DNA of 64,000 nucleotides. Source: Mobula birostris. Its lineage: Eukaryota. Positions 49,235-61,919 of this stretch are shown here, piece after piece. Within the stretch, counting starts at the first letter, position 1. Each line of letters opens with the position of its first letter. The translations under genes were made by a program, and so were the position numbers. Under the pieces are notes generated by a model. It was not told where the DNA came from. It saw nothing but the letters and a program-made list of their open reading frames with translations, and did not search any database. Location: assembly GCF_030028105.1 (NCBI RefSeq), contig NC_092380.1, positions 55,177,717 through 55,241,716 of the forward strand, read 5' to 3'.

Positions 49235-50570
49235 TTCATTCAATTACTGTGTACATACATCTATTGATGCCTCTGGACACATCTTCAGTGATGTTCCTGG
49301 AATCATCGGGTGTTTTGGGTCTTTCAATATCATACAACCTCCTCCAGGTGACCCAGCCGGGGTTGATCAGACCGCAGCTTGTGTCCAGATGGCTAGCTAC
49401 TTATCACTCCATGGCTCCCCTCTTTTGAGCCACAGCCATCTTGAGGCCCTCTCTGCTGCATCGGTGGTACTGTGGATGGCTCTCCTCTTCCTCTCTCCCT
49501 CGATGCCCAAAATGCTGAAGGCTCTAACTAAAGAATGGGCTACGAATCCCCTACAACCAACCTCCACTAGAAGACACCTCGCTCTCCATCCAGCCTGCTG
49601 ACAGTTGCTGACCAGTCCTGCGTACTTGAAGAGCTTCCTTTCAAAGGCCTCCTCCAAGCTATCTTCTCATGGGACTGTCAGCTCCAGCAGCACCACTTGC
49701 TTAGTCGACTCAGACACTAGGACAATGTCTGGTCGCAGGGTGGTGGCTGCAATATGGTTGGGAAACTTCAGCTGCCCTTCGAGGTCCACCAACAGCTGCC
49801 AGTCCCTTGCAGAGGTCAGAATGCCTGCAGATGTTCTTTTGGCAGGTACTGGCTGCTCCCCAGCTCTGACAAAGGCAATGGTCTGCTTGGAGGGTCGGGA
49901 CCGCTTTGCCCACTCAACTCCTGCGCTGACGGCTTCAGCGGTGGTCTTCAGGACCTGATCATGCTTCCACCTGTACCGTCCCTCACCAAGTGCCCTTGCA
50001 CAGCCGCTGAGGATGTGCTCCAGGGTTCCTCGCTTGGAGCACAGTGGGCACGCAGATGACTCTGCCTTGCCCCATGTGTGCAGGTTTGATGGGCTTGGAA
50101 GCACATCGTACACTGCCTGGATGAGAAATTGGATGTGGTGTGGTTCGGCTTTCCAAAGTTCAGGCCAGGTCACTTTCCTCTCAACCGCATTCTCCCATCT
50201 TGACCAAGCTCCCTGTTGCTTCATTCCCACCAACTTGCAGACTCTCATCTCCTCCACTACTGCTCTCACCTCCTCCCGAACTAGATGACGCCTTTCCTTC
50301 CCTCTGGTGTCCATTTGGGGAGTTGGAAAGGATCCTAGCCCAGCTCGGCCTCGTGTGACCACTCCCACCAGCCTCCTGTGACGCAGCCTCACCTCTGCCT
50401 CCTGAACAGCTTCCTCTGCCCTCCACTTTCTGCCAGTACTTACTTGGATCCCTGCTCTAGCCACCTTTGGGTCACTTGAGTCCCTATATTGTAGCTCTTC
50501 TCTGGCCCTTGTTACCTTGAATTCTTCCTCCAAGGATTTGAAGGGCAGTTGCAGTTTGTTGTGGTGTCAT
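49235..50570 (-). mobile_element. HERO-type (R2 group) non-LTR retrotransposon 3' part with restriction-like endonuclease
   Basis: CPLC-x7-H-x4-C knuckle, KHDQVL, LRPDIVL, LLELTVP*E, ERKLFKY; ORFs 49667-50533 and 49397-49657 share one frame separated by one TGA. Confidence 0.87.
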
Positions 50571-51329
50571 TAATTAAGCGTGGACTATCAGTAAGGTTGA
50601 TATTCATGATCTATCCCCGGCTGCCGCTGAGAAATTGCTCCATGAACATCAGGAGTTTGTGTAGAGAAAGTGATTAACCAGCCAATTCAGGGCTGGGACC
50701 CGACAGTGATGTTGCAATTAGCATTATGTTCCTGAGTTCAGATGTTACATGGCTGCCTCACTATCCAGAACGCCCAGACCTACTTGCCTTGTACTGTTTT
50801 GGGTTACGCACTGCTTTCATTTCATTGGCTTGCTATCTGCACCAATTATATGAAGCTTACAGATTGCTGATGTTATCTTCAGATGCTTAACAACCTCACT
50901 TTGCCTGGTTTCCTGGTGCTTGGAGTTGACTAAGGCTAACTATATCCTGTCATTACAGTAACTGGTTTTAACCCTTAACCTGACTGTAGCCTAGGATTTG
51001 GCACTAACGTAGCTGAGAGGGTCTGTGTGATGTATGCTCCTTAAATACAAGAGTATCAAAGGTGTTACTGATTTAAACCAAACACTAAAAGAGGGTCCAG
51101 TAAAAGCATTTGAAATTCAATTGCCATAGGTAACATTACATTTACCTGTTACACTCTTCATCAATCTTCAATAAGTCTCTCATCTACCTGTACTTGATCC
51201 CCATATTTCCCTATGGCACAGGAAGGCTTTTGGCCTCTAGTCTATGCCACCTCACAGAATAATTCCATCTCCCAATAATTTAACGGGTAGCCTATTCTCC
51301 TTACATTCCCATCAACATGCTTCACTATT

Positions 51330-51845
51330 GAAACATCCTTTGTGGAAAGTATGCTGCCATATTCCTTTCACCCCATCCATCCATAATCCTCTTTAACTTT
51401 CTACCATCAGGCAAGAGACTCCAATGCACAAAGACGAGAACGATCAGGATGGGAAACACCTTCTTCCCCCAGGCTGTTAGGCTTCCGAACTCCCTGCCAC
51501 ATTGCAAATCACTGGGTAATTGTCTATACCCTACAATATTTAATTTCTGCACTTTGCTTTGTTTATTTATGGATAATTAATTTATAAATTTTATTCTTAT
51601 TTTCCTAAGTTATTTTGTGTTATATTTGTGTTATGTGTACTACTGTGCTTTACACCCTGGTCCGGAGAAACAATGTCTCATCTGATGGTATACAATTATA
51701 TAGTTAAATGACAATTAACTTGACTTGACTTAGTGCACTGTTTTTCTTTGTAATTTATAGATTTTTATATATTTGTACTGTACTGCTGCCATAGAACAAC
51801 AAATTTCACACCATACGTCACTGATGATAAATCTGATTCCGAGAA
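51330..51845 (+). mobile_element. Rex1/Babar 3' fragments (two tails)
   Basis: FLPSGKRL...FFPQAVRL; tails ttgacttgactt and ataaatctgattc. Confidence 0.7.
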
Positions 51846-52289
51846 CTCTTACACACTGAGCTTCAGTTATAGCAGCAAATTTTAAATTAACTCCTATGTT
51901 CTTTGCAATGGAGTTCTAGTTATCCTTATTACAGGGTCAAAGATCAAAATTGCAATTGAACGATGGTGGAATAATATATCCACTGCCCTCACAGTGTGTA
52001 TATACAAAGTTGTGCAGCCAGTTAAACACTTTCTCAAGAATTACCCGAGACGGAAGCTTCCTTCAGGGTTCTTAATGAGAATGCTTACTTGGGAAACTGC
52101 AGAAAGTTAAGTAAAATAAGTATTAAATTCAATACAGAATCATTGCATGCCAGTTATTCTAACAACCAGGGGTAACCAAAGTAACACAACACACATATGC
52201 AATTTCTTAACTACGTCGTGTAAACAAGTGTAAACTTGTGGTACAATGACAAACTTAAACCTAATCCTTCCTTCAAAAGTTACCTACTA

Positions 52290-53912
52290 CAGGAGTCCCC
52301 CGCTTTTCGAACATTCGCTTTACGAAACCTCACTGTTACAAAAGACCTACATTAGTTACCCGTTTTCGCTAACAGAAGGTGTTTTCACTGTTATGAAAAA
52401 AGAGAACGTGCGAAAAAAAATCAGCGCGCGAGAAAAAAGCAGCCGCCGCGCGCCCCGAACAGCCGCTCTCCCCTGGATTCGGAATGGCATTCTCGCCGGC
52501 ATTGCTTAAACATGTGCCTGTGAGCAGCCGTTAGCAAGGTGAGTTCTAAGGTATCAGAAAAGCCTAAAAGAGCTAGTAAGGGTGTTACACTTAGCGTAAA
52601 ACTAGACATAATTAAGCCTTTCGATCGTGGTGAACAAGTAAGGATAAAGTGAGTTTGGCTTGTGGAAGTTGACGAAGATGATGTTGAAGAGGTTTTGGCA
52701 TCCCATGACCAAGAACTGATAGATGAAGAGCTGATGCAATTGGAAGAGGAAAGGATAACAATTGAAACCGAATGCAGTAGCGAAAGTGAAGTCGTCCAGG
52801 AACTGAACATGAAGCAACTGCGTGAGGTTTTCGCTGCAATGACAAAGTACAACTTCAATTTTGAAAGGGTACGTCGGTTTAGGGCATATTTGCAGGATGG
52901 TTTGAGTCCTTACAAAGAACTGTATGATAGAAAAATGCGCGAGGCTAAGCAGTCAAGCAAGCCTTCCACATCAGCCACAGAAGACAACGAACCTCGACCT
53001 ACGCCATCGAGGCAGGCAGACATAGAAGAAGATGACCTGCCTGCCCTGATCGACGATGAGGTGAAACCCCAGTGTCTCACCACCCCAACCCCTGAGCCTC
53101 GGACAGATACCGATTCGCGGAGAATGCAGCGTAGCTGGAATGCACTCAGCACATCTTTAAGAAAAAAAGCCGAAATAAACATGCAAATTAGTTAGGTGCC
53201 GCCCGGCATGTAAATGTCAACCCAGATCAGAGGCGATTGCAGATTGCGTCGCCTCTGATCTGGGCCAACACGTACGTGCCGGGCGGCACCTAATTAATTA
53301 GCTTGTTTATTTCGGATTTTCTTAAAGATGTGCTGGGTGTGTCCCGGCTACCGCTGTACCCTGCATGCTTCGTGGATCGGTATCAGTCGGTGGCCTGGAG
53401 GGTGGGGGCCACTGCACCACCCCAGACTCCGACCACTCAGCCTAACACACCATCATCAGTGTGCTCGATGTCTTCACGATTCCCGTAAATGATACTACAC
53501 TGTACATACATTATTTCTGCTTTATATAGGCTGTGTATTTTTACGTGTTATTTGGTGTGATTTCGCAGCTTCATAGCTTAAAGGTTACTGTAGAGCGCTT
53601 GCGCCGTGTTTCTGCCGAGAGCGCCTGCGTGAGATTTTCGCTACGGAGAACAGTGCGCAATGATTGTGGAAAAGTATTTCTACTTTATATAGGCTGTGTA
53701 TTCATCATATCATTCCTGCTTTTACTATATGTTACTGTTATTTTAGGCTTTATGTGTTATTTGGCATGATTTGGTAGGTTATCTTTGGGTCTGCCAACGC
53801 TCACAAATTTTTCCCATATAAATTAATGGTAATTGCTTCTTCGCTTTACGACATTCCAACTTACGAACCATTTCATAGGAACGCCCTACCTTCGGATGGC
53901 GGGGGAAACCTG
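52290..53912 (+). mobile_element. Internally deleted Tigger element with internal palindrome
   Basis: TA-caggagtcccccgc...gcgggggaaacctg-TA; N-terminal KGVTLSVKLDIIKPFDRGE and C-terminal EVDEDDVEEVLASHDQEL...PYKELY; no DDD domain. Confidence 0.88.
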
Positions 53913-54249
53913 TATATGTTTACTAATATTGGCAATAACTTAAAACTCAGAGATATTGCTGTTTCAAGGGCAAACAAAGAGTGAATGGAGATGGAGGTCT
54001 TTCTACTGTGTGTTTCAAATTGAATTAAGCTAACCTGCGCAGGAAATGGTATATAAAATGACTTCATATAGGAAATGATATTTGTACAAAATGAACTGTG
54101 CCTTTAGAGCAAGAACTTTTCCCGTCTAACATGCACAGTTTGTTAAACTGAACTACTGAAACTAAAAGTCAAGTGATCACTTCACTAGGCCTTTAGCGAA
54201 AGAAGGACAGTCTCAAAGACTGGTCTTGAAAACAGTCTTAGAACTCAGT

Positions 54250-55835
54250 CTTCAACCGTTCTCTCTTTGAAAATACCGGCTTTGATGACGTACTTGCTCA
54301 TGGTAATGTCTAATGAGCAGAGAGTTGATAAGATACTCACCCTGAATGATGATTGGGTGGAGGTACCTTTGAAGTGAGCAGTGCCTTCTTTGCCCATCCT
54401 CCAACTCACAGTAGCCCCTCAGAGTCAAGAAAGGGACAGAGTTTACTAAGGGTCTTTGTTTAGGGAGAGGTTCCTGCTTTGAGATGCACTGCACTTCCTC
54501 TGCATAAACCTGGCTTTGATCAAAGATTCTAACCTTTGCCCGATTCAGACGCTCTGTGTTGCGAGGTTGCTTACAAACGTGCCAACCATTGCAAAGGCTG
54601 TCATTGGTTACTCCTGTAAAGGAATGAGCAATATCCGAGAATTGGGCAATTGCTCTGGGAAGCTCAGAGTGCGCACTGCCAAGTTGGAGCAGTGTCGGTC
54701 GACGCTCGCGGACCTCGTGGTCCGCTAAGTTGAAAGTTCCCTACTGACTATGTTCCTATTGCAGGTCAGCAAGAAATTCTGGGCCAGTTATCCATGAGGA
54801 GATGGTGTGCTGATTCTCTTGCAGCCCTCTTGTGGAAAGATCAGATGGGTTGAGATCGGTATTTATTTATTTAACGATATATCATGGAGTAAGCCCTTCA
54901 TATTGCAACCCCTTGAGCTCCATTAACCCTAACCTAATCACAGGTCAATTTACAATGAGCAATTAACCTACCTAGTACGTCTTTGGATTGTGGGTTCTAG
55001 ACCCTTCAAGAGCACGTTGTTCAGTGATGTGCATTTGAACTGTGCACTTGAATCAAAGACAATTCGTATTTGTGTTTGTTTCTTGGGGTGGTAAACACCC
55101 CAAAGTGGGCGAATGCCAGTTTTTCTGTTTGGATCTGGTGAGGGAACTAGCTGAGCCTGATTGTCCCTGAAGTGTCTGTCGACGAACTCCATCATTTCTG
55201 GTTTCCTTCTCAATGGGCGACTGAGCCACATGATTAACTAAAGGCTTGTTCTTTTTATTGGAGTCGTCATGGAAAGCAGAAAGGAAGGGGAGCTACCCAA
55301 CTGTTCAACTCATCTTTACTAAGCCCCTTGTTTATGATTCGAAGGAAGACTTCATCTTCGATGGAAGATGCTAGCTTATAGTTATCTTCTGAGTAAGAGA
55401 AGACCAGCTTGCATAAAGCAAAAGTTGAGTTAAGTATGTCAGAGTGCGTGGTTTGCTTACCTACAATCTTCCTTTCATGGCAGATTCTACCCTGAACTGA
55501 CTTGGGCGCCCATTCTCCAGGAAATTAGTCTTAAATGTGCTGATGGTCCTTTCAGGTAGATGTTGACTAGACATATTTTCAAGCAGGATTTGCCTTCAAT
55601 GCCTTTTCAGCATATGTCTGTACATTAGGAAGTAGCTGCAGCTGATGGATGCTCAGCTGGCTTCCTGCTGTGCTCTGATACAGGTGTGCTGGAACTAGTC
55701 CCAGTCCAAGGTGCTAGCCCTGAATGAAGTGCTGATATGTACTCTTCACTGTTGCACTCAGTGCAGTGTATAATAGCTTAACAGTTTTTTGTTTGGTGTA
55801 CTGTTGAAGCACAACATTTGAAGCATATTGAGTGC
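54250..55835 (-). mobile_element. BEL/Pao LTR retrotransposon internal remnant, heavily deleted
   Basis: gag CFKCC knuckle (~55825); RT GVYHPKK...IRIVFDSSA...SLNNVLLKG; NPSDLSTRG, WITGPEFL; integrase HPIII...LLIRHYHEQVRHQ. Confidence 0.8.
54862..55000 (-). mobile_element. HE1/V-type SINE 3' fragment nested in BEL
   Basis: (TTTA)n reversed tail, then caatttacaatgagcaattaacctacctagtacgtctttgga. Confidence 0.65.
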
Positions 55836-56489
55836 TACTTTGGAAAGTGTCACCAGTCTACAGTGTGTTAGAGCATATTCTGGAGTTATGGTATACAACA
55901 ATTAGTAATTTCAACAGCAACCAGTCTTCAGACTTGAACATGGATTGTAGATTGAGTTTAAAATGCAGCTCAGAACAATGGTGTTCCTGGAGCTGCAGCT
56001 TGGGATCGATTGCAAATCAAGAAATACCCCATTGACCTGAGATGTCTGCTTATGCATGAATGCAGCCCAGAGAGAATGGTGATTGACATGCTGGGTGTCT
56101 GGAGTGTTGATGTGAAGATCTAGGTGTTTGAAAATTATGTGTAATTCAAAGGAAGCATTGTGGATACATTGCAGCTATAGAATTATCCTGATGTTACCTT
56201 TGATCTTAAGTACATAAAGATGTCATGTAATATTGGGTCAGGAATCCTCTACCGGGAGTGTCTCCATTGGCGCCTGCCTGTTTTGCTGAATAAAGACTGC
56301 TACAGCTTCAGTGTCTTTCCAGCGACTTTGTTCACGGTCACAATAGCAAATTTTCTTATGGACAGGGTACTGTCTATTGAAGTTCATGATAGATATTTCT
56401 ACTTCAGTTGTAATTAGACAGATTAGACAGGAGAAAGGCTTGACTGGTTTAAGCTGACAGGAAGGTAACAGCAACTCTAATAATCACAG

Positions 56490-56640
56490 GTTACAACAGC
56501 GGTGTGCAGACGAGCATCTCTGACTGGACATCATGTCGAACCTTGAAGTACATGGGTTACAGCAGCAGAACACCACAAGCCTACACTCAGTGGCCACTCT
56601 TTATTTACAGGACATACCTAAGAAAATGGTCATTGAGTGA
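56490..56640 (+). mobile_element. Tc1-like fragment
   Basis: YNSGVQTSISDWTSCRTLKYMGYSSR (Tc1 second HTH); TIR-like tacactcagtggccac and gtcattgagtg. Confidence 0.6.
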
Positions 56641-56814
56641 ATTTCCATAATATTACTAGATCCATGCCTTTGTAGTGCGAGCACGTTCTGTATACCAAGC
56701 ACCCAATGCCATTCCTTTTGACTCCTACGATAATACAAACTTTGTGTGTTTCAGAGGCTTCAACAAAAGGCTTAGCCCCTTGATGTCTAGTAGTATAAAG
56801 ACTCTAAACAGCAG

Positions 56815-57335
56815 TCCTTTCTGGTCGCCTCACTACAGGAAGGATGTGGAAGCCATAGAAAGGGTGCAGAGGAAATTTACAAGAATGTTTCCTGGATTGG
56901 GGAGCATGTCTTATGAAAACAGGTTGAGTGAACTCAGCCTTTTCTCCTTGGAGTGACGGAGGATGAGAGGTGACCTGATAGGTGTGTATAAGAGGATGAG
57001 AGGCATTGATTGTGTGGATAGTCAGAGGCTTTTTCCCAGAGCTGAAGTGGTTGCCACAGGAGGATGCAGGTTTAAAGTGCTGGGGAGTAGGTACAGAGGA
57101 GATGCCAGGGGTAAGTTTTTCACTCAGAATGGTGAGTGTATGGAATGGCTGCCGGCAATAGTGGTGGAGGTGGATATGATAGGGTCTTTTAAGAGACTTT
57201 TGGATAGGTACATGGAGCTTAGAAAAATAGAGGGCTATAGGGAAGCCTAGTAATTTCTAAGATAGGGACATGTTTGGCACAACTTTGCGGGCTGAAGGGC
57301 CTGTATTGTGCTTAGGTTTTCTATGTTTCTATGTT
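56815..57335 (+). mobile_element. CR1 LINE 3' fragment
   Basis: FWSPHYRKDVEAIERVQR and RGDLIGVYK; tail tttctatgtttctatg. Confidence 0.9.
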
Positions 57336-57339
57336 TCCC

Positions 57340-57740
57340 CACAAGGCCTTTATGTTGCCTTCACCAAGCTTCAGTGCATCACTCAGCATGTACTCCTGCA
57401 GCCTGCACTGTGCAAGTGAGCAGAATTCCCTTATGGGTATCACAACAAGTTTAGGACAGACCAAAGTGCCTCTTTCACTGAGCAGATGATTTTCAAACAG
57501 CATTTGATACTTGTCACATGCGTGAGCCTGGGAGCAACCTGCAGATCAGAAAGTCCTCTATTACACAGCAGCTCACGACGAACAGCGACAAGATCTCTTG
57601 CATCCTTTCCCAGAACTTTGCACATCCAACACTTGGCCAATTGGCTCATCCCCAAGGCAGCCGTCCCAAAGTCAGCCTGCATTGCGGATGAGATACCAAT
57701 TGTGTAGGGAGGATCGTGTGCGGAGGGCACCTCTCACTAG
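57340..57740 (-). mobile_element. Tx1/L1-clade ORF2 C-terminal remnant
   Basis: IICSVKEALWSVLNLL and LQEYMLSDALKLG...KALWG resemble the Tx1-type C-terminus. Confidence 0.62.
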
Positions 57741-58584
57741 CAGCCACGCATATTGTCACAATTCAACAGCTGCTTTTAAGAAGCCTAAGAATTTAAATAC
57801 AAGACTACACAGAGAATCAGCTGTGTTCCTGTAACACCAATCATATCACATACATTGTGCAATTTAAATTGGGCCTCGAGGGCAATCTGATCTCCTTCCG
57901 CCCTCCACTTTCCAAAAGATAAGAGTAATTGAGGAGGAAACAGACGGGCAGTGACTACCTTGAGATTAGGCTGATCAAACTGAATGCCCAGAATACAATG
58001 TGTTCTGGGAAGAGCAGTAGGGTGTGCACTAGGTTGCTCTGTTTGGCAGTGATTCAGCCATTGACAGATAAAATTCATCAGTGTATCTTTAACACAGAAC
58101 CTCATCACACAGAGGAGCCCACGTTGTCCAGTGCACTTGTGACAGTTTCTAGACGATTGATTTGCGTTTATGTAGGATGCATATTTAGGATTTCTTACAT
58201 CCCTTTCTCAATATTTCAAGAGACTTTCTGTAATTTGCCAAAATCCTGTAAATGATTTTTTTCTGAAGGTTTATTCACTTCTGAATTATTGAATCTCTTT
58301 TCAGTGATTCTGCTTGTCTATAATCATAAAAAGGTGCAAAAAGAAAAGATTATTCTTGTCTTATTCAGTTATTTTAAATTCCTGTCCTTTTGTTCAAAGT
58401 TCAAAGTCCAAAGTAAAATTTATTATCAGAGTACATGTCACCACATACAACCCTGAGATTATTTTTCTGCAGGCATACTTAGAATTCGGTTATTAATTCT
58501 CTTGCCAGTGGAATAGTTCCTTCTGAGAAGCCGTATCAGCTTGCAACAATGGTTCCACATTAGCATGGCCACTTCACCGAAGCC

Positions 58585-58765
58585 AAAAGTGAATTGCTGG
58601 AGGAGTTCAGCAGGTCGAGCAGCATCCTTGGGGGTCGGGGTTGGGGCTGGAAGAAGTGCCAGCATTTCTCAACCCTTTCCCTTCACAAATACTGACAGAC
58701 CCACTGAGTTCATCCAGTAGTTTGTTTTGTTTTGCTCCAGATTCCAGAATCTGCAGTCTTTTCTG
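58585..58765. mobile_element. Fold-back Penelope pseudo-LTR, diverged
   Basis: tgctggaggagttcagcaggtc is inverted against gacccactgagttcatccagta; same tail ccagattccagaatctgcagtc. Confidence 0.65.
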
Positions 58766-59562
58766 CCACAACTTATATATGGTTTTCCTTCATGCTGGTG
58801 GCTATAAAAGGAATGGATTTCCTCATTAGCAGGAAAAGCTTTTACTCACAATTCCTCCATCACACATTGCAAACAGTAGCAGCTAATTGCACACTTGACC
58901 TGTCTTTGAATTCCAACATGGTGATATGAAAAGAAGGCAAAAGCAATGGTTGTTCTTATTTTCAAGTTATAACTCAAACATTCAATGTACAATAATGAAT
59001 CAGGGTTAAAATTCCATGTGTGTGACTGTGAAACTAGGGTAGAGAGAGAGTGAGAGGCTTGAGAGAGTGGGTCTGAAAGAGTATGAGAAAAGAAAGAGAA
59101 CATGTGTGAGCACATGAACTTATTTTTGGAGAATATTCAAGAAGCTAATCAGTGACATTCTTTTTTTTGTCAGAGCGGTAACAAGAGCAAGTGGCTTTAA
59201 TATTGTGCAAGATGGATTGCTCATTTGTACAACAATCAGCTGTTTCTTTCCATGGCACCTTTGAAGAAAGTTTAATTCCTTCCTGTGGAGGTGCTAGAGA
59301 TCAGAGGCACTTCCATATCTCCCTCCTCACAAGTCTCACAGAGAACAGGGCAGGATGACCTCACAGAAACAGGCCCTGCCCTCACCATAGTTCACAAAGA
59401 AACAAAGGCCTACTGCACAGGCGGCCATCATTCAATCTCTCACATCCACATTAGCTGAAATAAATAGCTATCAGGATTAATTTCCAGGTCCATAACATTG
59501 TTAATTCCCCTATAACAAGTGCAAATTCAGATATTTTTGAAATGAACTGAGGGCTTCCACAA

Positions 59563-59746
59563 GATGCTGGAAATGAGGGAGTGGGGCTCAATGGTTCGGG
59601 CAGCACCTTGTGGTGGGAAATGGCCAGTTGACGTTTCAGGGAAGTTGACCCAAAACCCTTCACAGATGCTGTCTAACCTGCTGAGTACCTCCAACATCAT
59701 TTGTTTTGCTCCAGATTCCAATATCTGTAGTCTCTTGTATCTCCAA
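59563..59746. mobile_element. Fold-back Penelope pseudo-LTR insertion
   Basis: Perfect 14 bp TSD GAGGGCTTCCACAA (59549-59562 and 59747-59760); minus-strand GAAACGTC. Confidence 0.78.
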
Positions 59747-60068
59747 GAGGGCTTCCACAACCATCACCAAGTCAGTGACTTCTGGGACCCTTCACTCATT
59801 GGGCAAAAGAAAATGTCCTCAGTTGTCCTCTAAATTTTCAATCTGTTTTCTTTAGCTGGTGACCCATACACTGAGGAAAATAGGTTGTTGCTGTTCAACA
59901 TACTTAAATCCCTGATAAATTCACACATCTCAATTGAATTATCACTTTTTCCAATCTTTGCTCATAATTGAATGTCTGTAGCCCAGGCAATGTCATCAAA
60001 TCTAATCTTTATCCTATTCATACTTTCACTTCCTTCTTGTACTGCAGTGGCCACAAGTGTACACAGTA

Positions 60069-61168
60069 TGGGAGGCATGGGATCCAAGGGGACATTGCTT
60101 TGTGGATCCAGAACTGGCTTGCCCACAGAAGGCAAAGGGTGGTTGTAGACGGGTCGTATTCTGTATGGAGGTCGGTGACCAGTGGAGTGCCTCAGGGATC
60201 TGTTCTGGGACCCCTACTCTTTATGATTTTTATAAATGACCTGGATGAGGATGTGGAGGGATGGGTTAGTAATTTGCTGATGACACAAAGGTTGGGGGTG
60301 TTGTGGATAGTGTGGAGGGCTGTCAGAGGTTATAGCGGGATATTGATAGGATGCAAAACTGGGCTGAGAAGTGGCAGATGGAGTTCAACCCAGATAAGTG
60401 TGAGGTGGTTCATTTTGGTAGGTCAAATATGATAGCAGAATATGGTATTAATGGTAAGACTCTTGGCAGTGTGGAGGATCAGAGGGATCTTGGGGTCCGA
60501 GTCCATAGGACACTCAAAGCTACAAGCAGGTTGACTCTGTGGTTAAGAAAGCATACGGTACATTGTCCTCCATCAATCGTGGGATTGAGTTTAGGAGCCG
60601 AGAGGTAATCTTGCAGCTATATAGGACCTTGGTCAGACCCCAGTTGGAGTACTGTGCTCAGTTCTGGTTGCCTCACTACAGGAAGGATGTAGAGACCATA
60701 GAAAGGTGGCAGAGGAGTTTTACGAGGATGCTGCCTAGATTGGGGAGTATGCCTTATGAGAATAGGTTGAGTGAACTCGACGGAGGATGAGAGCTGACCG
60801 GATAGAGGTGTCTAAGATGATGAAAGGCATTGATCATATTGGATAGTCAGAGGCTTTTTCCCAGGGCTGAAATGGCTAGCATAAGGGGGCACGATTTTAA
60901 GGTGCTTGGAAGTAGGTACAGAGGAGATGAAATGTTAGGGGTAAGTTTTTTACGTAGAGAGTGGTGAGTGCGTGGAATGGGCTGCTGGCGACGATAGTGA
61001 AGGCGGATACGATAGAGTCTTTTAGGAGACTCCTGGGCAGGTACATGGACCTCAGAAAAATAGAGGACTATGGGTAACCCTAAGTAATTTCTGAGGTAAG
61101 GGCAAGTTCGGCACAGCATTGTGGGCTAAAGGGCTTGTACTGTGCTGTAGGTTTTCTGTCTTTCTATG
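60069..61168 (+). mobile_element. CR1 LINE 3' part, frameshifted RT
   Basis: [45 protein letters not shown]; CR1 tail. Confidence 0.92.
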
Positions 61169-61919
61169 ATAGCTGCAGTCATCTCGGGCTATATAAAGTT
61201 TTCGGATGAGTTCTGTGTTCTTCGTCCATCAGGCAGTGATCAGCATGAGGTGCCCTGAAGACATTGTGGGACAGCAATTTCTGATGCTTCCCTGAGCCAA
61301 TTGCCAAGTCATCTTCAGAATACCTCATTGTCGGCAAGCACCAAGACCTCGATTAGCTGGTGGCGAGAGGAGCCATCTTAATCAGATTCTTCCAGAACCA
61401 ACGAAGTATTATCCCCAAAACATGCTGCCCTTGAAATGGTCACTCATCTCTTTTCAGAAGGTCAATTTGCTAACGGGTGTGACAGGTGTGGAGAAGGATA
61501 CATGGGACCACAAACCAATTCATCGCAAATAGCTGTGTAACGGAGGATTCTCAGATCTGTGGACTGTTCCCAGGATCACACATTGAGACAGACCGGAAAA
61601 TAGTCGAATCAGTGAGGGGCATTCTTTAACCCTCCTGACACTTGTCGGTTTTCAAGTAGAGTGAGATGTCTAGAAGGGAGCAGAGGAGTATGTGCTGAGG
61701 GATGAACTAGAGCTCGGTGCAGCCAATGCAACTAGTTTATGGAAAATGACCAGAGACCAGTTTCCTTCCCATGTTACACATGGAGGGGAGGAGCCAGGCG
61801 AAGAGGTCTCTCAGACATTGAAAGGTTGCATCACTCCAGGGGACCACATACGTGGCAATGGTGTTATGATTTAAAAATGAGTTAACACTACTGAATAAGA
61901 CACCATTGAGTGTTAGCAA

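Noticed and set aside
56110-56345. Additional solo LTR (AATAAA followed by TCACA)
   Set aside because: No matching TG start with a TSD found, and no link to the adjacent BEL remnant could be shown
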